Of a DNA stretch of 48,854 nucleotides, positions 43,039 to 48,854 are shown piece after piece. A program made the position numbers and the translations under genes. The notes under the pieces are model-generated. The model was given only the letters and a program-made list of their open reading frames with translations, did not search any database and was not told where the DNA came from. The DNA comes from a virus (lineage: Duplodnaviria; Caudoviricetes), in the IMG/VR virus record IMGVR_UViG_3300025635_000033, positions 1 to 48,854 of that record, one strand, 5' to 3'. Each line of letters opens with the position of its first letter. The stretch's first letter is position 1.

Positions 43039-44577
43039 CTACTCCACCGGCGTAATGGTGACGGTGCCGCGGCCATCCGGCAGGTTGAGGACGCGCGGCC
43101 CGATGCCCGGACGCGGCGCCGATCCGCCCGGATTGCGCAGCGACGCCACGCCCTGCCGCTCTCGCGCCACGGCCTGCTGCATGGCTTCGATCGCTTCCAG
43201 CGCCGACTTGTTGTTGGCCAGTGTGCCGCCGGTGATGACCTCGAGCGCACGTTCGAAAGCCTGACGCGAAACTTCGCCGGTCGGGTTCTGCATCTGCGCC
43301 CACTTGTAGGCCAGGTCGGCCTGCATGACGCGCGCCTGCGCAATGGCGGGGTCGCGCGAGCCGGCGCCGATGTGCTGGGCGAGCGCCGCCGCTTGATCGG
43401 CAGTGACACGGGCCTCCGGTGCGATGTTGCCGAACGCCTGCCCGAACTCCTGCAGCACGGAGACGGCATTCTGCGCCGTGCCGCGGAGGGCGCCGGGAAC
43501 ACCGACGATGCCGGGGTTGTTGGCGATCAGTGTCTTGTAGGCTTCTAGCGTCCTTTCCATGACGTCGAGACCAGCCGCCTTGTTGTTGGCGGTCGTCTGG
43601 TTGGCCGTGGTCGGGCCGAGCCCTTCCTTGTTCTGGACACCGGACGGAGCCTGCACCTGCGCGCCCTGCGGCAACGGCTGGCGCGTCTGGCTGTCGACGA
43701 GGCCGTTCGCCGTTGGATCGAAGACAGCGGTGCCGGCCGCGCCGGTCGGCGTGCGATAGTTGAACACCTGGGCGCTCTTGTCCGGCACCGGCACGGCGCC
43801 GGTGTCGAGCATCTGCGGCCGGGTCATCGGCGTCGGCTTGCCCGTGGTGGGGTCGCGCGTGACCTCGACCGGCGTGGTGCCGAAACCGATCGCGCGCCGT
43901 TCCTCGGGCGACAGCTGGGCGATGATCTTCGCCTTCTCTTCGGTCTCGGTGAGCGGCTTGACGCCGCCCTCGAGGACGCGGCCGTCCGGCATGTAGTTCT
44001 TCTCGCCGGGAGCAGCCGCCACGACGCCACTCTGCAGCGGCGGCAGCTTGTACAGGGTTGCGATGTCCGGCGGCACGAAGCGCGTGGAGTCCTTGGCCAC
44101 CGGCGAGAGCAGGGTCGTCGTGACCTGCGTGTTGGCGTTGATGTCCTGCCCGCGCCGCTTGGTGGTGTCGTCCAGGTCCTGTCCGCGGCGCGTGTCGGCC
44201 GAGCCGACATTCACGGCGTAGCGGCGGTCCGACGAGGCAACGCCGATGCCGTAGCGGTCGGTGGCATCCTTGACGTCCTGGCCACGACGGGTCGTGGCGT
44301 CGTGCATGTCGCGCGCAACGAAACCAGACGTCGGGCTCCAGGTGTTCGTCACGGCGCCCCAACGGTCGAGGTCGCCCGGCTGCGCGTTCGGGTCGGCGGC
44401 CAGCCGGTACAGCTCGGCGATGCCGCCCATCTTCTGCCGGACCTCTGCGGCCTTGGACGATGCGTACTGGTCCTGAATCGAGGGCGGCGCGAACATCTTG
44501 GCGAGGTTGCCGAAGCCCTGGTTGAGGCCGGGGTCTCCGAAGCCGCGGACGCGGACGGGAGCGTAGGGATCTGCCAT
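43039..44577 (-). CDS. Internal virion / DNA ejection protein
   Basis: 512 aa with RRGQD repeats, within the ejection gene block. Confidence 0.7.
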   Translation of the reverse strand: MADPYAPVRVRGFGDPGLNQGFGNLAKMFAPPSIQDQYASSKAAEVRQKMGGIAELYRLAADPNAQPGDLDRWGAVTNTWSPTSGFVARDMHDATTRRGQDVKDATDRYGIGVASSDRRYAVNVGSADTRRGQDLDDTTKRRGQDINANTQVTTTLLSPVAKDSTRFVPPDIATLYKLPPLQSGVVAAAPGEKNYMPDGRVLEGGVKPLTETEEKAKIIAQLSPEERRAIGFGTTPVEVTRDPTTGKPTPMTRPQMLDTGAVPVPDKSAQVFNYRTPTGAAGTAVFDPTANGLVDSQTRQPLPQGAQVQAPSGVQNKEGLGPTTANQTTANNKAAGLDVMERTLEAYKTLIANNPGIVGVPGALRGTAQNAVSVLQEFGQAFGNIAPEARVTADQAAALAQHIGAGSRDPAIAQARVMQADLAYKWAQMQNPTGEVSRQAFERALEVITGGTLANNKSALEAIEAMQQAVARERQGVASLRNPGGSAPRPGIGPRVLNLPDGRGTVTITPVE

Positions 44578-44586
44578 CTGTGGCTC

Positions 44587-45300
44587 CTACCGGAACATGC
44601 TGAAGATGCCGCTGCGGCCGGCGTCGCCGACAGCGCGGGCGCCCTGCGGCGCAGCCTTGGCAGCAGGGGATGTCCCTGCAATCGTGGTCGACTTGAACGG
44701 ATCGAAGCCGGACAGGCCCGCGAAGGTGGCCGCCTGGCCGGCGCCACCGAGCACGTCGCCCAGCATCTTGAGGTCATTGCCGGCCGAATTGGCGCTTTGC
44801 AGCTCGAGCGGCAGGACACCCGTCGAGCCGGCCTTGAAGCCGTTGACGATGCCGAGCTGACCCGCGTCGCGCGCCGTGCCGAGGTTCTTGGTGGCGAGGA
44901 CGTCGCCGAAGGACCGCAGGTTGGCCGAGGCGTCGTTCTGCTGGGTGTTGAAGGCCGCCGTCTTCTCGCCCTGGCGCTTGCCTTCCTGCACGATGATACC
45001 GGAGTCCGACGCAGGCATGCTGCCGGCGGTCGGGCCAGCCGTCGGCAGGCCGCCGTTGTTCTCGCCGTAGAAATCGGCCACTTGCTTCTTGCGGGTGTCC
45101 ATGTCGGCGCCGGTGTTGGCGTAGCGATCGCGCGCACCATTGTTGATGCCGTTGACCTCGGAGTCATAGCCGAACTGACGGGCCAACTCGGCGCTCATCA
45201 CGCCGCTGCGCGCGCCGGACACCTGGTCGGACGCGGCCTGGTTGGCGACCATGCTGCCGACGGACATCGCGGCGCCGGCGGCGGTGATTGGATCGCACAT
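44587..45300 (-). CDS. Internal virion protein (T7 gp14-like position)
   Basis: MCDPITAAGAAMSVG N-terminus, Gly/Ala/Gln-rich. Confidence 0.7.
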   Translation of the reverse strand: MCDPITAAGAAMSVGSMVANQAASDQVSGARSGVMSAELARQFGYDSEVNGINNGARDRYANTGADMDTRKKQVADFYGENNGGLPTAGPTAGSMPASDSGIIVQEGKRQGEKTAAFNTQQNDASANLRSFGDVLATKNLGTARDAGQLGIVNGFKAGSTGVLPLELQSANSAGNDLKMLGDVLGGAGQAATFAGLSGFDPFKSTTIAGTSPAAKAAPQGARAVGDAGRSGIFSMFR

Positions 45301-45301
45301 G

Positions 45302-45919
45302 CTAGTAGACCTTCACAGAGCCGGTGCCGTTCGTGAACAGGCCGGTGTTGTAGCGGGGGCTAATGGTGCCGTTGGACAGGGCGGCGTTCTTTTCCAGTCC
45401 GGCCTGCGTGTTCAAGGCGCTGGTGAAGTTGCCGAACAGTTGGCCGATACCGTCGAAGGCGTCGGGCGCCGTGAGCGCGGCGGCGCGGCCGGTAGCGGCG
45501 TTGATGGCGCCCTGCTGATCGCCGGTGGCCGACAGCATGGAGATGAGGTTGGCGCGCGATCCTTCGACGTTGCTGCGCGCCGTGTTCTCGTAGTCCAGAG
45601 CCTTGTCGCTGACGTTGCGGTTGGCGTTGTCGTACTGCTTCGTCAGCTCGGCTTCCTTCTGCGTCCGCCCGGTGCTGTCGAGCATTCCGGTGCGGTCGAG
45701 CGCGAAGGTCAGCTGCTTGCGCGCGTCGGCGTACTGATCATCGACCTGCGGCTTCGCGTAGTCGAGGTACGCCTTGCTGCGGCCCTTGTAGAAGTCGTCG
45801 TTGAACTGCGTGTCGAACATCTGGTTGATGGCGTTCGAGCCGTCGCGGATGAACGTCTGGCGCCGCATCTCGGCTTCGCGCGACGCCCCTGCGCCACCGT
45901 CGCCACCTTTTCCGAACAT
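45302..45919 (-). CDS. Internal virion protein
   Basis: MFGKGGDGG N-terminus, helical body, follows the GNAT gene. Confidence 0.65.
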   Translation of the reverse strand: MFGKGGDGGAGASREAEMRRQTFIRDGSNAINQMFDTQFNDDFYKGRSKAYLDYAKPQVDDQYADARKQLTFALDRTGMLDSTGRTQKEAELTKQYDNANRNVSDKALDYENTARSNVEGSRANLISMLSATGDQQGAINAATGRAAALTAPDAFDGIGQLFGNFTSALNTQAGLEKNAALSNGTISPRYNTGLFTNGTGSVKVY

Positions 45920-45924
45920 CTAGC

Positions 45925-46377
45925 CTACCTGCGGACCCGCCGGCGCATGTGCGCCCCCAGGGTCTCAAAGCCGAAACGGCGCATCCAGCGGGCGGCTACT
46001 TCTGGCCTGTGGCCAGTGGCGGTTCCCGCGAACACCTCTTCGGGGTCCAAGCGATCGGCCCACCGATTGAACTCGGCGAACAGGAGAGCGGCTGCCCGAG
46101 TGCCGCGCTTGTCGGGACGGACATAAAATAGCTCTTGTGAGACGAAAAAGCCAGCGGCGGTGGGGTAGTCGACGATGTAGGCGGCCAGCCCGCCCACGAT
46201 GTCGCCATCGTCGTCCGCGACGAAAATCGTCGGGTGTGCCTGCTTGATGGAGGCCGTGACGAGCGCGTCGGCGCGCACCGGATCGAACGTCAGGTCCGGC
46301 CGGTACAGCTCGGTCATCTGGCGCGCGAGCTCGATGACGGCGGCACGATCGCGCTCGAAGATCAGTCGGACGTGCAT
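45925..46377 (-). CDS. GNAT-family acetyltransferase
   Basis: IFVADDDGDIVGG, FYVRPDKRGTRAAALL, RRFGFETLG. Confidence 0.85.
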   Translation of the reverse strand: MHVRLIFERDRAAVIELARQMTELYRPDLTFDPVRADALVTASIKQAHPTIFVADDDGDIVGGLAAYIVDYPTAAGFFVSQELFYVRPDKRGTRAAALLFAEFNRWADRLDPEEVFAGTATGHRPEVAARWMRRFGFETLGAHMRRRVRR

Positions 46378-46844
46378 CGCACCCAGGCGAACTGCTGGTA
46401 CGCCTCGCCGTTCTTGCCGAAGCCACGCATCGGCGGGCCTTCCGCTTCCAACCCAAAATGCCGGATCCAGCGGTGCGCCTGGTCGTGGCCGACCAGCGAG
46501 ACGGCCTCGATGCGGTGAACACCGGTCGTCTTCACGTCGCGAAGCAGGCGGTGCGCGATGTACGTCACCTCAAGCGCCACGGACTCGAAGGCGTCGGTGG
46601 CGAAGAACAGCGCCGACAGGACATTTGGCCGATGCTCGACTAGACCGGCCACCGCAACAGGCTGGTCGCTGGCGTCGAAGCCTGCCATCACGTCGGCGCG
46701 ACCGGCGAACCGTGCGACAAGATGCGTGGCCAGGGCTTCGCGCGTGTCGGCGTGCGACAACGCAATGAACTCGTCGAAGTCGGCCTGGCGCATCGCCAGC
46801 GCGACGGTGCGGATGTCGTCGGCGGTGGCGTACTCAACCCGCAT
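46362..46844 (-). CDS. T7 gp13-like GNAT-fold virion assembly protein
   Basis: MRQADFDE, HRIEA...HDQAHRWIRHFGLEAEG...FGKNGEAY, after the nozzle gene. Confidence 0.7.
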   Translation of the reverse strand: MRVEYATADDIRTVALAMRQADFDEFIALSHADTREALATHLVARFAGRADVMAGFDASDQPVAVAGLVEHRPNVLSALFFATDAFESVALEVTYIAHRLLRDVKTTGVHRIEAVSLVGHDQAHRWIRHFGLEAEGPPMRGFGKNGEAYQQFAWVRCTSD

Positions 46845-48854
46845 CGTCGGATTCACCGTCGTAGTGGAGCGCCACGGAACTGATGACAGCCTCGCCATCG
46901 CCGACGGACTCGAGGCGCAGGCTGAGATGCGTGGATTCGCCGAACGCCGGCTTGCCGGGCTCGGAGTAGGTCGTGGCGAAGATGCGCGCGACCTCTTCCT
47001 CGACCTCGACGCCGTCCTTGTCGACGCGCAGCGCGATGCTGGCCTTCCACACACCGCGGACGGCCGCGTCGAAGCCCGTCCACTTCTTCAGCTTGGTCGG
47101 GCTGCCGCCGTCGAGGAACGGCAGGCGCGCAACGGCCGGCGTGGCGTCCTGCGCCTCGCCCGTGGCGATCCCGCCGTAGCAAAACACCTTGTCGCCGCTG
47201 CGAACGTAGGTTCGACGGTTGAAAGTGACGGCGTCGTCGATCGAGAACGTCGTGTAGACGTTGTTGAGGTAGTAGGCGGGGCGGTAGACCGACCAGGCGC
47301 TGATCTTGGAGCCTTCGTAGAAGGTGAAAACGTAGATTTCATCCTTCATCACCAGCCAAAACCGCTTGTCGGTCGGGTTGATGAGGCCGACGACCTTCTC
47401 GCGCTCGGTGGCTGTCAGGGACTGCAGCTTGGCTTTGATGAGCGGATCGACGGGGCTGCCCATGTCGGTCGTGGCGGCGGCGTTCGATGCGTCGCGCGCC
47501 CGGATGCTGCGGACGCCGCTCTCGTCGAGGTAGAACAGGTCGTTGTCGCCGAACTGCGTCACGGACTTCGGGCTGGCGGTGCCGGTGTTGCGCAGTACCT
47601 GGACTTTGGCGTTGAGCGTCGGGTCGCTGTCGATCTTCCAAATCTGGACGATGCGCTCGGCGAAGATGGCCACCCACTGCTGGTACTCGGCCAGCGCGAT
47701 CAGGTCTTCCGCCCCGGCCGTCTGCGTCGACATGTCGATGACGCCGGCGCCGACGGCGTCGGTCGTCCACTTGGTCGGCGCCTTGATGCCGGAAAAGTGC
47801 AGGTTCGGCCCAGACACGCTCATCATGCGCGAGCCGATGGTCTTGACGAACGAGCCGAGCGGGTAACTGTCGGTGGTGTCAGTACCTCCGGACAGCGCCA
47901 GGTCGGTTGAGGGGCTGATTTCCAATCCGTTGGCGAGCGTCGCCACCCCGGACCGGCCGTTGGGTGCAACACCGATAGTGTCGGCGGCTATGATGACGGA
48001 CGCACCAAACGACACCGCTGTGTATTCCGGGGTCGAGACGTTGGCGTTGACGGCAGCGGCAATCAACGCAGCCGTGTTGGTGTGGCTGTCCGCCCACACG
48101 ACCGGCGCCGACAGGACAGACACGCCGTCGATCTTGAAGTCAGTGATCTCGGCTGTCGTCAACACGGCCCCGCCCGCCATCGTAACGAAGTTCCCGGTGG
48201 TCACGTCGCCAGCGGCTGTGACGACGATCGCCTTGCCATTCACGCCAACGCCCGTGTCGACCGCCGTGATGCGAACCTGCTGGCCGTTCGACGCGGCCGT
48301 ATAGTCCGGCGTCGACGTGTGGCTGTTGATGGCGCTGGCGATCGCCGCGGCCGTCGTCGCGTTGTTGCCGGTGTGGTCGATGTCTGACGCACCGATGATG
48401 GACACCCCGTCGATGGTGATGTCCTGAATCTCGTTGACGCCAGTGTTGGCCGTACCGCCCGTTACCTCGAATGACCCGGAGGATGCGGTGGCCGGGTTGA
48501 TGCCGCCGTCCGTGATGTCGAAGGAGAGTCGCGCCTTGCCATCGTACCAGTCAGGCACCAGGACGCCGTCGTAGAAGTGCTGCTTGCTGTCGTCGGCGAA
48601 CAGCGCCGAGACGTACAGCTTGCCGGCGTAGAGGTCCCACGACAGAACGCGCGTAAGCGCGGTGCCACCGTCCGGATGTCGCAGACGCTGGTAGGTGACG
48701 CCTGCCGGCATGCCGGCTGGCTGTTCGTCGCTGCCGAAGGCGTAGAGCCCGGCAGTCGTCGCCGCCAGGCCGGTCGTCGCGCCGGCCGGAAGGTCGTAGC
48801 AGGGATCGAACTTGGCGCGCTTGGCGAACTGGCCGCCGCTGTCGATGTGGCCGT
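46834..48854 (-). CDS. Tail nozzle / tubular protein B-like (5' end runs off the window)
   Basis: Frame open to the window edge (GHIDSGGQFAKR...). LHFSGIKAPTKW, GNDLFYL-like GDNDLFYLDESGVRSI, KISAWS propeller motifs. Confidence 0.85.
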   Translation of the reverse strand, partial: GHIDSGGQFAKRAKFDPCYDLPAGATTGLAATTAGLYAFGSDEQPAGMPAGVTYQRLRHPDGGTALTRVLSWDLYAGKLYVSALFADDSKQHFYDGVLVPDWYDGKARLSFDITDGGINPATASSGSFEVTGGTANTGVNEIQDITIDGVSIIGASDIDHTGNNATTAAAIASAINSHTSTPDYTAASNGQQVRITAVDTGVGVNGKAIVVTAAGDVTTGNFVTMAGGAVLTTAEITDFKIDGVSVLSAPVVWADSHTNTAALIAAAVNANVSTPEYTAVSFGASVIIAADTIGVAPNGRSGVATLANGLEISPSTDLALSGGTDTTDSYPLGSFVKTIGSRMMSVSGPNLHFSGIKAPTKWTTDAVGAGVIDMSTQTAGAEDLIALAEYQQWVAIFAERIVQIWKIDSDPTLNAKVQVLRNTGTASPKSVTQFGDNDLFYLDESGVRSIRARDASNAAATTDMGSPVDPLIKAKLQSLTATEREKVVGLINPTDKRFWLVMKDEIYVFTFYEGSKISAWSVYRPAYYLNNVYTTFSIDDAVTFNRRTYVRSGDKVFCYGGIATGEAQDATPAVARLPFLDGGSPTKLKKWTGFDAAVRGVWKASIALRVDKDGVEVEEEVARIFATTYSEPGKPAFGESTHLSLRLESVGDGEAVISSVALHYDGESDDAG

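Larger units (their letters stand above)
1..48854. mobile_element. Near-complete temperate podovirus-like phage genome (permuted, probably excised/circular form), likely alphaproteobacterial host
   Basis: Packaging, head, short-tail, lysis, replication and lysogeny modules all present. No host housekeeping genes. Integrase flanked by phage genes on both sides. Confidence 0.95.

Noticed and set aside
48800-48854. Exact circular closure or terminal repeat
   Set aside because: Ends share no overlap. Joining them gives neither a proper adaptor stop nor a nozzle start, so some sequence is missing.

Overview
Almost the whole window is one GC-rich temperate bacteriophage genome, opened inside the tail-gene block. 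The two ends carry neighbouring tail genes and do not overlap. It is podovirus-like (no tape measure; adaptor, nozzle and ejection proteins), and a GapR homologue points to an alphaproteobacterial host. Leftward late arm: TerS, two tail fibre/spike genes, a lysis cassette interleaved with a T5 A1-like nuclease and an HEXXH protein, intein-containing TerL, portal, scaffold, capsid, adaptor, nozzle, two GNAT-fold proteins and four internal virion proteins. Then a rightward cluster of small early genes joined by a 39-bp repeat, an iteron-like origin, a leftward replication arm (primase-helicase, PolA, C5 methyltransferase, GapR, exonucleases, Tad1, SSB, SNF2 helicase, dNTP diphosphohydrolase, RuvC), and a cro/repressor/xis/integrase switch with probable attP. 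Most notable: (1) twelve unrelated non-virion ORFs end in a penultimate Phe, mostly (G/D/S)-V-F-(A/G/D)-stop; (2) the PolA has coordinated substitutions at normally conserved nucleotide-selection residues; (3) the methyltransferase locus is read in two frames and hides a nested HNH nuclease; (4) a promoter, Met-Arg-Lys minigene and terminator sit in front of the late genes; (5) a class 3 intein starts with Arg; (6) a Tad1 anti-defence sponge. Family assignments come from recalled motifs, not database searches.
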